Of a stretch of DNA of 64,000 nucleotides, positions 20,231 to 30,208 are shown piece after piece. The stretch's first letter is position 1. Each line of letters begins with the position of its first letter. Source of the stretch: an uncultured Mollicutes bacterium (GTDB taxonomy: Bacteria > Bacillota_I > Bacilli_A > RFN20 > CAG-826); assembly GCA_900540365.1 (NCBI GenBank), contig UQFN01000001.1:15944-79943 (forward strand), in the 5' to 3' direction. The notes beneath the pieces were generated by a model. It saw only the letters and a list, made by a program, of their open reading frames with translations. It had not been told where the DNA came from and did no database searches. A program made the translations under genes and the position numbers.

Positions 20231-21993
20231 TTATTGTTAAATTGTAATTCATATAATTTATAATATAAGCCTTTATGTCTTAATAGTTCTTGATGAGTTC
20301 CTTTTTCAACTATTTCGCCATTATTTAAAACAATAATCTGATCACTATGTTGAATAGTGGATAAACGATGGGCAACTATTAACATAGTACCTATATTTTT
20401 AATTTTTGCTAATGACTCTTGGATAAGTGTTTCTGTTTCTGTATCAATATTAGCTGTTGCTTCATCTAAAATTAAAATTTGAGGTTTAGCTAAAACAGTT
20501 CTAGCAAAAGAAAGTAATTGACGTTGCCCACTTGAGAAATTTTCTCCTCTTTCAATTACATATTCATCAAGTCCTTTATCAAGTTTATTTATAAAACTCG
20601 AAGCATTAACATAATCGCATACTTTAATAATTTCTTCATCGCTATATTTTTCGTCATCGTACAAAGTAATATTTGTACGAATGGTTCCACTAAATAAGAA
20701 AACATCTTGTAGCATTTGCCCGATTGCTTTTCTTAATGAAGTTACTTTAATCTTTTTAATATCAATGTCATCTATTAAAATTTGTCCTTTTTGAATTTCA
20801 TAATTACGTACAATTAAACTTAAAATTGTTGTTTTCCCTGCACCAGTTGCTCCTACAAAAGCACATGTTTCTTTAGGATTTATAACAAAACTTACATTTT
20901 TTAAAATCCAATCTTCATCTTTATATGCAAAATAAACATTCCTAAATTCTATTTTTCCTTTAAATTCGTTTATTTCAATTGCATCAATTGCATCTACTAC
21001 TTTTGGTTCAACATCTAATAAATTAAATAAGCGTTCACTTGCAGTTAATGCTTTTTGGATATTATTTAATTGATCAGCTAAATTTTGAACTGGATTAAAA
21101 AATCTTGAAAGAAGTAAATAAAAAGCAACAATTTCTCCACTATTTAATCCAAATTCAATTCCAAAATAGAAAGTTAAAGCAATTGCTACAAAATAAATAA
21201 AAGTTATTAAAGGACGATAAATTCCAAAAGCTAAAACAACTTTATAACGCGCTTTCCTTAAATCTTCGTTTTTCTTGCTAAATTCTTCAGACTTATTTAT
21301 TTCTTGATTAAAGATTTGAATAAGTTTCATTCCACTAATATTTTCGTTTAAATATGTATTTAAATCACTGATGTATCTTCTCTCTTTTCTAAAAATTTTA
21401 GAAATAACCCTGCTAAACACGAACGAAATTATAAAAACTAAAATTACAATACCAAGTAAAACAAAACTTAAACGATAAGAAATTGTAAACATAACTACAT
21501 ATACAACAACAATTGTTAATACATTTCTAATGACATTAACTAATACATTTGTAAATAAATCACTCATCGAAGTTGTATAACTACATACTCTAGTAACTAA
21601 ACTTCCAACCGGCATATCATTTAACTGATCCAAAGACATATTTTCAATGTGCTCAAAAACTTCCATTCTTAAGTTATAGATAATCTTTTGACCTGCTTTT
21701 TGTAAAATCATTGATTCAAAATATAAAAAGGCTTGATTTATTAAACTAAGTAAAAAATATCCTATAACCAAAACTAATATAAGAATTAAATCTAAATAAT
21801 CTGATTTTAAGTTTGTCGTGATTTTTGAAATTATTAAAGGTAAAACTACATCTATTCCAACATTAATTAATATTAAAAATAATGCAAATAAAAAACGAGG
21901 TAATTCAGGTTTAACATAATGAAAAGTTCTTTTAAATAATGTTGTTAAAGGTATTTTTTTATCACCCATTAATTTTTCTAGTTCTTTTTCCAT
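20227..21993 (-). CDS. ABC exporter, fused permease/ATPase subunit (heterodimeric multidrug-type, LmrD/YheH-like)
   Basis: 588 aa. Six N-terminal TM helices, Walker A (GATGAGKTT), signature (FSSGQRQLL), Walker B (ILILDEATANID) and H-loop (VAHRL). Confidence 0.85.
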   Translation of the reverse strand: MEKELEKLMGDKKIPLTTLFKRTFHYVKPELPRFLFALFLILINVGIDVVLPLIISKITTNLKSDYLDLILILVLVIGYFLLSLINQAFLYFESMILQKAGQKIIYNLRMEVFEHIENMSLDQLNDMPVGSLVTRVCSYTTSMSDLFTNVLVNVIRNVLTIVVVYVVMFTISYRLSFVLLGIVILVFIISFVFSRVISKIFRKERRYISDLNTYLNENISGMKLIQIFNQEINKSEEFSKKNEDLRKARYKVVLAFGIYRPLITFIYFVAIALTFYFGIEFGLNSGEIVAFYLLLSRFFNPVQNLADQLNNIQKALTASERLFNLLDVEPKVVDAIDAIEINEFKGKIEFRNVYFAYKDEDWILKNVSFVINPKETCAFVGATGAGKTTILSLIVRNYEIQKGQILIDDIDIKKIKVTSLRKAIGQMLQDVFLFSGTIRTNITLYDDEKYSDEEIIKVCDYVNASSFINKLDKGLDEYVIERGENFSSGQRQLLSFARTVLAKPQILILDEATANIDTETETLIQESLAKIKNIGTMLIVAHRLSTIQHSDQIIVLNNGEIVEKGTHQELLRHKGLYYKLYELQFNNN

Positions 21994-23786
21994 TATTTAC
22001 CTCCTTCAACTTCTCTTTCAAGTTCTTGAAGATAAACCATTTTTTGATAAACAGGACAAGTTTTTATTAACTCTTTATGTGAGTCATATCCAACTACCTT
22101 CCCTTCATCTAAAACTAAGATCTTATCTAAATTCATTACGGTAGAAATTCTACTCGCTACAACTAATGTAGTCATGTTTTTTCTATTTTCTTTAATATGC
22201 TTTAAAATTGTTTCTTCTGTTTTAACATCAACTGCACTAACACTATCATCCATAATCATGATTGGACTTTCTTTAATATAAGCTCTTGCAATCGAAATTC
22301 TTTGCTTTTGACCACCACTTAAAGTTACGCCTCTTTCTCCACTTACTGTATCGTATCCTTCTTTAAAATTAACAATATTGTCATTCACATCAGCAAAAAT
22401 AGCAGCATCTCTAATTTTTTCAAAAGAAGCATTTCTTCTACCAAAAGAAATATTGTTACTTACTTTGTCGCTAAATAAAAAATTATCTTGAGGAACATAA
22501 GCGATTTCATTTCTTAATGAAGTAATATCGCATCTCATTAAATCAACATCATCAATAAATATTTTATCGTTATCAATATTATATAAACGTAATAAAGAAT
22601 TAACTAAAGTTGTTTTGCCACTTCCAATTTTTCCAACTATACCAATTGTTTCCCCTGGATTAACAACAAAACTAATATTCTTTAACGAATTTTCTTGTCC
22701 ATTAGGGTAGGTAAATGAAAAATTTTTAAATTCAATTTTGCCTTTTATATTTTTAATAAAAATAGGATTATCAACATTTTTTATTTCTTCTTCTTGATCA
22801 AGGAAATTTGAAACTCTCTTTAAGGAGGTTTTAGCTCTACTTCTCATAGTAAAAATTTGACCTAAAGCCATCATTGGCCATATTAATAAATCAAAATATC
22901 CAATAAAAGTAACTAAATTACCTGCACTAAATAATATTTCCTTACCAAAAATTACTAACGGGATTCCTTTAATAGTTAAGTAAACAAAATAGCCACCAAA
23001 TCCTAAAATAATCGAAGTAATTAGAGCAATAATAATTGATATAAGAACATCAAAAATAACTGAAATTCTTACAAAATCAATATTTACATCTTTATTTTTT
23101 CTTGCGATTTTGCTAAAAGCAAATAATTGTGAATTTTCTTTAACAAAAGCCTTAATTACACGAATTCCTGTAAAGTTTTCTTGTGTAAAGTCATAAAGTC
23201 TGTCAGTCTCCTTTTGACGATATTCCCATTTCATCGACATAAATTTTTCAACAATAGCACCCCAAACAACAATTAATAAAATTGGAATTAAAGTAATTAG
23301 TGTTAAAACCCAATCCAAAATAAACATTTTAATTAGAACAAATAAAGATAAAAAAGATGCATCGACTAACATTATGGTTCCCCAACCAAAAAACTCTTCA
23401 ATAGTTTCAAGATCCGTTGTAAACCAAGAAATAATATTTCCAACTTTTGTTTCATGATAATATCTTTGAGATAATCTTTCAGATTTTAAAAACATTTCTT
23501 GTCTAAGACTAGCTTCAATTCCAGTTGAAGCATGAAAAATTGATAGTCTCCAAACAACTCTTCCAAAAAACATACCAAAAGATACTAAAATAACATAGAT
23601 AATAATTTGCCCAATTTCTTTTTCGTGTCCAGCAACACTACCATTATCAAAAAAATCTATTATTTGTCCTAAAAATTCAGGAACATATAATTGAAGATAA
23701 TCTACTACAATTAAAAAAATTATTCCTATTAAAAAGAAAGCCCAATATTTTAAGTAATATTTATTAATGTATTTTCCAAATAACAT
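21993..23786 (-). CDS. ABC exporter, fused permease/ATPase subunit (partner half-transporter, LmrC/YheI-like)
   Basis: 597 aa. TM domain, Walker A (GKIGSGKTT), signature (LSGGQKQRISIARA), Walker B (IMIMDDSVSAVD). Its stop overlaps the start of the downstream partner. Confidence 0.85.
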   Translation of the reverse strand: MLFGKYINKYYLKYWAFFLIGIIFLIVVDYLQLYVPEFLGQIIDFFDNGSVAGHEKEIGQIIIYVILVSFGMFFGRVVWRLSIFHASTGIEASLRQEMFLKSERLSQRYYHETKVGNIISWFTTDLETIEEFFGWGTIMLVDASFLSLFVLIKMFILDWVLTLITLIPILLIVVWGAIVEKFMSMKWEYRQKETDRLYDFTQENFTGIRVIKAFVKENSQLFAFSKIARKNKDVNIDFVRISVIFDVLISIIIALITSIILGFGGYFVYLTIKGIPLVIFGKEILFSAGNLVTFIGYFDLLIWPMMALGQIFTMRSRAKTSLKRVSNFLDQEEEIKNVDNPIFIKNIKGKIEFKNFSFTYPNGQENSLKNISFVVNPGETIGIVGKIGSGKTTLVNSLLRLYNIDNDKIFIDDVDLMRCDITSLRNEIAYVPQDNFLFSDKVSNNISFGRRNASFEKIRDAAIFADVNDNIVNFKEGYDTVSGERGVTLSGGQKQRISIARAYIKESPIMIMDDSVSAVDVKTEETILKHIKENRKNMTTLVVASRISTVMNLDKILVLDEGKVVGYDSHKELIKTCPVYQKMVYLQELEREVEGGK

Positions 23787-23798
23787 AAAACTAATTAA

Positions 23799-24365
23799 TT
23801 ATAATATTCCTTCCAATAATATTTTAATTGCTAAAACTAAAAAAACTAGTGCAGCAATTAATCCAGCCCGTTTTTGTATTTTGCCAGCAATTTGTTTACT
23901 AATTAAAATCGCTATAAAACTAAGTATAAATGTAGTTACTCCGATTATTACAAATGTAATTAAAGCATCTTGAATATTATACCCTAAAAATACAAAACCA
24001 ATACATAAAGCATCGATTGATGTAGCGACTCCTTGAATTAATATGTTTAAAAAAGTTATTTTTTTATCACAAATTTCTTCTTTAGATTTAAATTCTTTAA
24101 TCCAATCGATAAAAGCTTTGATACTTAAACCTAATAACAAAGAAAAAGCTATCCAAGGAATATAAGGTTCAACATAACTTTTAAAACTATACCCAACAAA
24201 ATAACCTATAACAGGCATTAAAAATTGAAATAATCCAAACATGAAAGAAATTAGGAGCATTTTCCTAATTTTCATATTTTTTTCTTCTAGCCCATTTACT
24301 ACATTTACAGTACAGGCATCAATTGACATACTTAAAGCGGTTAAAATAGCGTCAACAAAATTCAT
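23799..24365 (-). CDS. mntP: putative manganese efflux pump MntP family (UPF0059)
   Basis: 188 aa, 6 TM helices, with the two characteristic halves SMSIDACTV... and ATSIDALCIGFVF. Confidence 0.7.
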   Translation of the reverse strand: MNFVDAILTALSMSIDACTVNVVNGLEEKNMKIRKMLLISFMFGLFQFLMPVIGYFVGYSFKSYVEPYIPWIAFSLLLGLSIKAFIDWIKEFKSKEEICDKKITFLNILIQGVATSIDALCIGFVFLGYNIQDALITFVIIGVTTFILSFIAILISKQIAGKIQKRAGLIAALVFLVLAIKILLEGIL

Positions 24366-24529
24366 AAGTAAGATTTTATAGTTTTTATATTTAAAAATAA
24401 ATATAAAAATTATTTTGATTGCAAATTATTAAAAAAGTTATCGATTTGTTAAATTAGATTGTAATATAAGTTTAATTATTCTTAAAAAATAGTTGAGATT
24501 TAAAGGTTTTTTTATAAAAATTGTAAGTT

Positions 24530-25261
24530 TTATCTCTTAGAAAGTTCTTCTTGAACGAATTTAACATCAAGATGTTGAAAGGTTAATGTATCTACATTAT
24601 TTTTTACTTGATTAAAAACTTCTAAATCTTCTATTGTCCAAACATTTATAAAATGTTTTTTAAAATATCTTTTTACTGCTTTTTCTTCAAGCATTCTATA
24701 TTCCAAATCTAAAGAGTCAAATAAGAATCTAAAATGAAATACATAATGATGTGCTTTGCCAACTAAAAGCGAAGTAATAAATTTAGTTTTTCTAAAATAT
24801 ATTAATGCACGAGGATCAAATGAAATAATCATAAAATTTCTTGGATCATTTACATCTTCAAGTTCTAAAAGTAAAGCTTTGCTAACTGATTTATAATTTT
24901 TCCTAAAAACTTTTATTTCAATAACAATTGGAACTTGTTCATTAATAAGACTTAAAACTTCTTTTAATGTTGGTACTTCTCCTCCATCAAGTAATTTATA
25001 ATTACTTTTAATTTCATTTAAAGTTAAATCTTCGATAATTCCTTCTTTTTTTGTAGTTCTTAATAAAGATTCATCGTGACAAACAATTAATTGATTATCT
25101 TTAGTTAAATGAACATCTAATTCAATTGCTACGTTATGATCTAAGGCGTTTTTAAAAGCATTTAGACCGTTTTCAGTATATTCGTTGTTATGAAGCCCAC
25201 GATGAGCAATGCCTTTAAGAAAAAGCGGATTTATTTTTGAAATAAGTTTATTTTTATTCAT
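24530..25261 (-). CDS. glycerophosphodiester phosphodiesterase (GDPD family)
   Basis: GDPD catalytic signature IAHRGLHNNEYTENGLNAFKNALDHNVAIELDVHLTKDNQLIVCHDESL. 243 aa. Confidence 0.85.
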   Translation of the reverse strand: MNKNKLISKINPLFLKGIAHRGLHNNEYTENGLNAFKNALDHNVAIELDVHLTKDNQLIVCHDESLLRTTKKEGIIEDLTLNEIKSNYKLLDGGEVPTLKEVLSLINEQVPIVIEIKVFRKNYKSVSKALLLELEDVNDPRNFMIISFDPRALIYFRKTKFITSLLVGKAHHYVFHFRFLFDSLDLEYRMLEEKAVKRYFKKHFINVWTIEDLEVFNQVKNNVDTLTFQHLDVKFVQEELSKR

Positions 25262-25263
25262 AA

Positions 25264-26718
25264 TTATTCATCGACATCCATAGCTTCTAAGCCTTTTTTA
25301 ATTGTTGTTTTCTTTGTTTTTACATTTTTAACAAAGATAAAAATAATTCCTGCTCCAGCAGTTAAAGCTAAAGCATATAAAGGTAATAATTGAAAACTAA
25401 ATCCAGGATGTAAAAGTAATGATCCTAAAGCAATTGGCGTAATTGTTTGTGCTGCCATTGAGGAAGCATAATAAAACCCAGTAAATAGACCAACTTTTTT
25501 ACTTGAACAAAGTTCAACAACCATAGGATAACTATTAACATGAACAAAAGACATTCCGATTCCTTTAAAGAACCAAACAAAATATAAATAAATTGGGAAT
25601 GGATTTTCGCCTATATTAGATGGACTACTTCTAGAAATTGTAATTGAAAGAATTAACCAAACTAAATAACTTAAACCAGTTAATCCTAAACCAGCAAAAA
25701 TACTCCGTTTTCTACCAATCTTGCCAGCAACAATTCCTCCTATAGCAAATCCAATAACACTACCAACTCCACCAACAATTACATTAATCATATTTGAGTC
25801 ACTACCACATCCTAAATAATAAATGGTGTAGTTTGACATAAATGTACCAATTCCATTATCGGCCATAAACCATAAAAATTCGGCAGCTAAAATTAAAATT
25901 AACATCGTTTTATTAGCTTTCGACATTGGTTTTTTATCATCTTCTTCAACGCTATTTACAACTGCAGCGACTTTTTCACCACGAGCCATTTCATCTTTCA
26001 TTTCGGCTTCAATTTTATTTTCGTTAATTGTAAAAAACAACACTGCAGCACTAATAATCATTAAAACACTTGCAATTAAAAATGGTGCTTCAATTATCCA
26101 TATACTACTAGTTCCATCAGCCCAACTTCCATTAGTACCGCTTAAATATTTAGTTAAAACAAATACAATTCCAGTTAAAGTTGCACATGCTCCTCCTAGA
26201 TATCCCATAATATTAATAATTCCATTGGCTTTACTTCTTAAAGGTTTTGGAGTTATATCAGGCATTAAAGCAACAGCTGGATTTCTATACATCATTGCAA
26301 AGAAAACAACAACTGCCATCATAATAATCGTTCCAACTAAACTATGCATATGGAAGAAAACCGGAACAAAAGGAAAACATATCGCACAAAGTAAAGTTCC
26401 TATTAAAATATAAGGCATTCTTTTACCAAGTTTAGTATGCGTTTTATCACTAAGTCTTCCAAAAATAGGTAGCATTATAAGAGCTGCTAGATTATCAAGA
26501 GCCATCATTATACCAACTAAATATTGAACTTCTTCCTCACTTGAAGCATTTAAAGCTTCTTTAAATAACTCTGTTAAAAAAGTAGGACACCACGAATCGT
26601 ATACTTGCCATAATAATAAAATTCCAAAAAAAGCAAATCCAATTATGAATGTTCTTTTGTAATTTAATTTAAAGGTAGTATTTAATTCTTTTTCTTGATT
26701 TACACCAGTATTTTCCAT
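25264..26718 (-). CDS. MFS transporter
   Basis: 484 aa, about 12 TM helices with a central hydrophilic loop. It lies between the GDPD and HAD genes, so it is possibly a glycerophosphodiester or sugar-phosphate importer. Confidence 0.65.
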   Translation of the reverse strand: MENTGVNQEKELNTTFKLNYKRTFIIGFAFFGILLLWQVYDSWCPTFLTELFKEALNASSEEEVQYLVGIMMALDNLAALIMLPIFGRLSDKTHTKLGKRMPYILIGTLLCAICFPFVPVFFHMHSLVGTIIMMAVVVFFAMMYRNPAVALMPDITPKPLRSKANGIINIMGYLGGACATLTGIVFVLTKYLSGTNGSWADGTSSIWIIEAPFLIASVLMIISAAVLFFTINENKIEAEMKDEMARGEKVAAVVNSVEEDDKKPMSKANKTMLILILAAEFLWFMADNGIGTFMSNYTIYYLGCGSDSNMINVIVGGVGSVIGFAIGGIVAGKIGRKRSIFAGLGLTGLSYLVWLILSITISRSSPSNIGENPFPIYLYFVWFFKGIGMSFVHVNSYPMVVELCSSKKVGLFTGFYYASSMAAQTITPIALGSLLLHPGFSFQLLPLYALALTAGAGIIFIFVKNVKTKKTTIKKGLEAMDVDE

Positions 26719-26741
26719 AAAACTCCTTTATAATAAACGAT

Positions 26742-27377
26742 TTACTCGTTAAAAACCTTTGTTATTTCTTTTTCAAGTTCATTTAAAGAATTTATCGCAT
26801 GAACTTTATCATCTATTTTTCCAAATCCATAAGCAGCATGAATAAATTTAACGCCAGCTTTTGAAGATTCTTTATAATCTTTTAAAGTGTCACCAACATA
26901 AATTACTTCATCAATTTGATATTTATTTTTTAGATACAAAATGTTTTGATATTTTTCTAGTTTTAAATCACCATAACAAAGATGATCGACAAAATATTTA
27001 TTAAAATCATATGCTTTTAAGAAGTCTTCAATATACCCTTGATCGCTATTAGAAACAATAAATAAAGGATACTTTTTTGCTAACTTCTTTAATATCTCTT
27101 CTTCATTTAAATATAATTTACCTGGATTTTTTTCAAGATAAACAATTTCATCATTTAAACAAAGTTTAAAATATTCTTCACCCTTTTTATAATCAACATC
27201 ATTAAAAACAAGTTCGATTGTTTCTTTTGGTGTTAATCCCATAAAACTTTTCATCAACTCATAAGAAAAGAAATAAGGTAAATTATTATTTTTACATGTT
27301 TCGTTCCAACTTTTGGTTAAGCTATCTAATGCATCCCATAAAGTTCCGTCTAAATCAAAAAAAATTGCTTTTTTCAT
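26742..27377 (-). CDS. HAD-superfamily hydrolase/phosphatase
   Basis: Motif I FFDLDGTLWD at the N-terminus and motif IV-like YVGDTLKD. Confidence 0.8.
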   Translation of the reverse strand: MKKAIFFDLDGTLWDALDSLTKSWNETCKNNNLPYFFSYELMKSFMGLTPKETIELVFNDVDYKKGEEYFKLCLNDEIVYLEKNPGKLYLNEEEILKKLAKKYPLFIVSNSDQGYIEDFLKAYDFNKYFVDHLCYGDLKLEKYQNILYLKNKYQIDEVIYVGDTLKDYKESSKAGVKFIHAAYGFGKIDDKVHAINSLNELEKEITKVFNE

Positions 27378-27483
27378 TAAACTAATTCTAATTTAAACTT
27401 ACAATATTCTCAACTAATTATTATATAAAACGCTTTTAAAATCTTTATATTTTACTTAAAAAGCCTGCAGAACTAAGTTATTT

Positions 27484-28509
27484 TTATAAATTTAAGTAAT
27501 TTTTTTGAGAAATTTTAATTCCACTAGTTTGAAAACAATTTGGAGAATCCATTGTAAAAGGGAAATCTATCATCGATCCATTATTAATTAAAATAGGAAT
27601 TAAAGTAGTAATAATTTCAACTTGTTTTTCGTAATCATTTTTAACAGTCCCATACATTTCTTGATTTTGGATTGCTTCTAATCCAACACTTGTGGCGTCA
27701 ACCCCAATGATAGGAAAATAACTTTCATATAATGGTACATCTTTTTGATAAGTTGATAATTTTTTTAAATAATCGATAACACCTAAAGCCATATCATCAT
27801 TATTTGAAATTACTAAATCAATGTCATTTTGATATTCATCATATATTTTTGCTATATATTCTTCGGCTTGTACTCTATTCCAATCACAAAAGCTAGTATT
27901 TAAAATATTTACTTGATAACCATATTTCATTAAAGTATCAATTGCGTTTCTACTTCGATTTTCAGTATCTTGATGGCCTTGTTCACCTTTAATTAAAATA
28001 ATATCAAGTAAACCATTTTTATTTTTATCTAAATCTGAATTTATAAAATTTTCATTTGAAATAAAATATTCATTAATAATTTCAGCTTGAAGTTGACCAT
28101 CACTTTCAGGTTTTGCCCCAATATAGTAACAATTTTTACCACTTTTTAAATCGTTAGCAAGAGGTTGACGATTTAAAAAAATAAGAGGTTTATTTAAAGA
28201 TGTTGCTTTTTCTATAATTGTTTTAGCAGCTAAACGATCAACTAAATTAACTAATAATAACTTATTATCTTCACTATATAATTCATTTAAAATTTGATCA
28301 TTTTGATAACTTTGACTACCTTCAGCATAATAAGTAGAAACTTTATAATTATTTTCTAATGTGGAAACTAATAACTCACTATATCCTTTCATAAAAGTAT
28401 CGCTACTATTATAAATAAATAAGGAAATATGAAAATCAGTTTTACTACAACTAGTTAAACATAAAACACTTAACAATAATAAACTTATTTTAAACTTTAT
28501 CTTCATCAT
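27484..28509 (-). CDS. periplasmic-binding-protein (type I, sugar-binding) lipoprotein, sensor component of three-component system
   Basis: Lipoprotein signal (LSVLCLTSCSK). PBP-like alternating beta/alpha pattern. It overlaps the sensor kinase gene by 20 nt. Confidence 0.6.
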   Translation of the reverse strand: MMKIKFKISLLLLSVLCLTSCSKTDFHISLFIYNSSDTFMKGYSELLVSTLENNYKVSTYYAEGSQSYQNDQILNELYSEDNKLLLVNLVDRLAAKTIIEKATSLNKPLIFLNRQPLANDLKSGKNCYYIGAKPESDGQLQAEIINEYFISNENFINSDLDKNKNGLLDIILIKGEQGHQDTENRSRNAIDTLMKYGYQVNILNTSFCDWNRVQAEEYIAKIYDEYQNDIDLVISNNDDMALGVIDYLKKLSTYQKDVPLYESYFPIIGVDATSVGLEAIQNQEMYGTVKNDYEKQVEIITTLIPILINNGSMIDFPFTMDSPNCFQTSGIKISQKNYLNL

Positions 28510-30208
28510 TATTTAAAGCCTTCCTTTTTGGAATATATATAAATATTGTTGTTCCTTCATCTATTACGCTATTAATTTTAATATCTGCTTTTTCTCCATA
28601 GTAAATCTTAATTCTTTGGTAAACATTTTGAAGTCCAACACCTTTATGAATATTTTTATCATGAAAACTATCTTCAATCTCTTTTAATTTTTCTTCACTT
28701 ATACCAAATCCATTATCTTTAATAGATAAAATAATAAATTCTTCATCTTCTTTTCCATCGATTTCAATTTTTCCATCATTACTATATTCATCTAAACCGT
28801 GTTCAATAGCATTTTCTACAATTGGCTGAAGAATTAATTTAATTACATAATATTTATATAATGTTTCTTCAACATTAATTGAATATGAAAATTGATCTCC
28901 AAATCTAATTTTTTGAATTAATAAATAATTTTTAACATGTTCTATTTCATCTTTTAAAGGAATAATATTTTTACCTCTAGAAATAGAAATTCTAAAAAAT
29001 TTAGATAAAGCTACAATCATTTGTTCAGCTTTTTCATTTTCATTTTTTTCAATCATAAAAATTATTGAATCTAATGTATTGTATAAAAAATGTGGATTAA
29101 TTTGATTTTGTAAAGCTTTTAATTCACTTTTTCTTTGAGCATCTCTTTCATCAACTAATTTACTAGTTAAATCTCGAATTCTTACCATCATATCATTAAA
29201 AGTTGAATTTAGTTGCACTATTTCTTTACTTCCACTTAAATAAGTATTTTTTCTTGTTAAATAATCTAAGTCTTTAATTTTATCCATTTCAACTTGCAAC
29301 TGTGACAATGGATTTGTAACTTGTTTAACAATTAAAATTACAATTAAAATATAAATTACTGCAAGGGCTAGTGTAATTAAACTAACAATTAAAACGAATT
29401 TAATTAAGGCAGCTTGTAAACTTGAGTTATTAACAAATACTGAAACTTTCCAACCAGTGTTAGCTATTGTTGAGATATATAAATTAAAGGAAGTATTATC
29501 AAAATTAACTTCACTATTACCTAAAATTAATTGCTCAGTAACTTTTTTATCTAAATCACTATATGCTGGCATAGAAGAATAAACAATATTGTAGTTTCGA
29601 TCAAAAATAACAATATGACCATTTTTGCCTAAATCAGTTTGGGAAATTGTTCTTACAATTTCTGTAAAATCAAATTCAATAAGGGCAATTGCATGACTTG
29701 CTTCACGATTATAATTAACATATCTAGATAATGTAAAAGTATAGGTATTATTTGCAAAGCCAACGCCAGAAAATATATTTAACATTGGTTCGTTTAATGC
29801 CTCTTTAAAAGACTCATTTTCACTGATATTTTCCTTTAAATCATTTGATATAGAAGAATTTCCAACAATATAATCTCCATCTAAATCATATAAAGATATA
29901 TAGATGATTTCTCCTTTAATTTTTTTAATATCATCAAAATATTCTTCAATACTTTTTTTATTTGAATTTATATCTATGTTATCAATTTTAGTTTGTAAAG
30001 AATTTGATACTTCGATTGCACTATCAAAATAAGCTTCATAATTTGCAACAACTTGTTTTGAAGTAGTTATAATTTGTTCATTATAAATATTACTAATTGA
30101 AGTGGAATAAATGATTGAAGCACTTGTTAAAATAACAGCTAAAAAGATTGCAAAACCAAGGGTAGTATAAAAAGTTAAATTAAATCTAATTGAATGATTT
30201 TTTCTCAT
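28490..30208 (-). CDS. sensor histidine kinase, YesM/LytS type (His_kinase PF06580 + HATPase)
   Basis: Two TM helices flank an extracellular domain. There is a HAMP-like region and the H-box QINPHFLYNTLDSIIFM typical of the YesM/LytS family. C-terminal HATPase G-boxes (DNGFGI, GVGLQNV). Confidence 0.85.
   Translation of the reverse strand: MRKNHSIRFNLTFYTTLGFAIFLAVILTSASIIYSTSISNIYNEQIITTSKQVVANYEAYFDSAIEVSNSLQTKIDNIDINSNKKSIEEYFDDIKKIKGEIIYISLYDLDGDYIVGNSSISNDLKENISENESFKEALNEPMLNIFSGVGFANNTYTFTLSRYVNYNREASHAIALIEFDFTEIVRTISQTDLGKNGHIVIFDRNYNIVYSSMPAYSDLDKKVTEQLILGNSEVNFDNTSFNLYISTIANTGWKVSVFVNNSSLQAALIKFVLIVSLITLALAVIYILIVILIVKQVTNPLSQLQVEMDKIKDLDYLTRKNTYLSGSKEIVQLNSTFNDMMVRIRDLTSKLVDERDAQRKSELKALQNQINPHFLYNTLDSIIFMIEKNENEKAEQMIVALSKFFRISISRGKNIIPLKDEIEHVKNYLLIQKIRFGDQFSYSINVEETLYKYYVIKLILQPIVENAIEHGLDEYSNDGKIEIDGKEDEEFIILSIKDNGFGISEEKLKEIEDSFHDKNIHKGVGLQNVYQRIKIYYGEKADIKINSVIDEGTTIFIYIPKRKALNNDEDKV

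Noticed and set aside
24366-24529. Mn riboswitch upstream of mntP
   Set aside because: mntP would be a natural place for a second yybP-ykoY element. The leader is purely AT-rich and lacks the GGGGAGUAG / UAGCAAGACC blocks.
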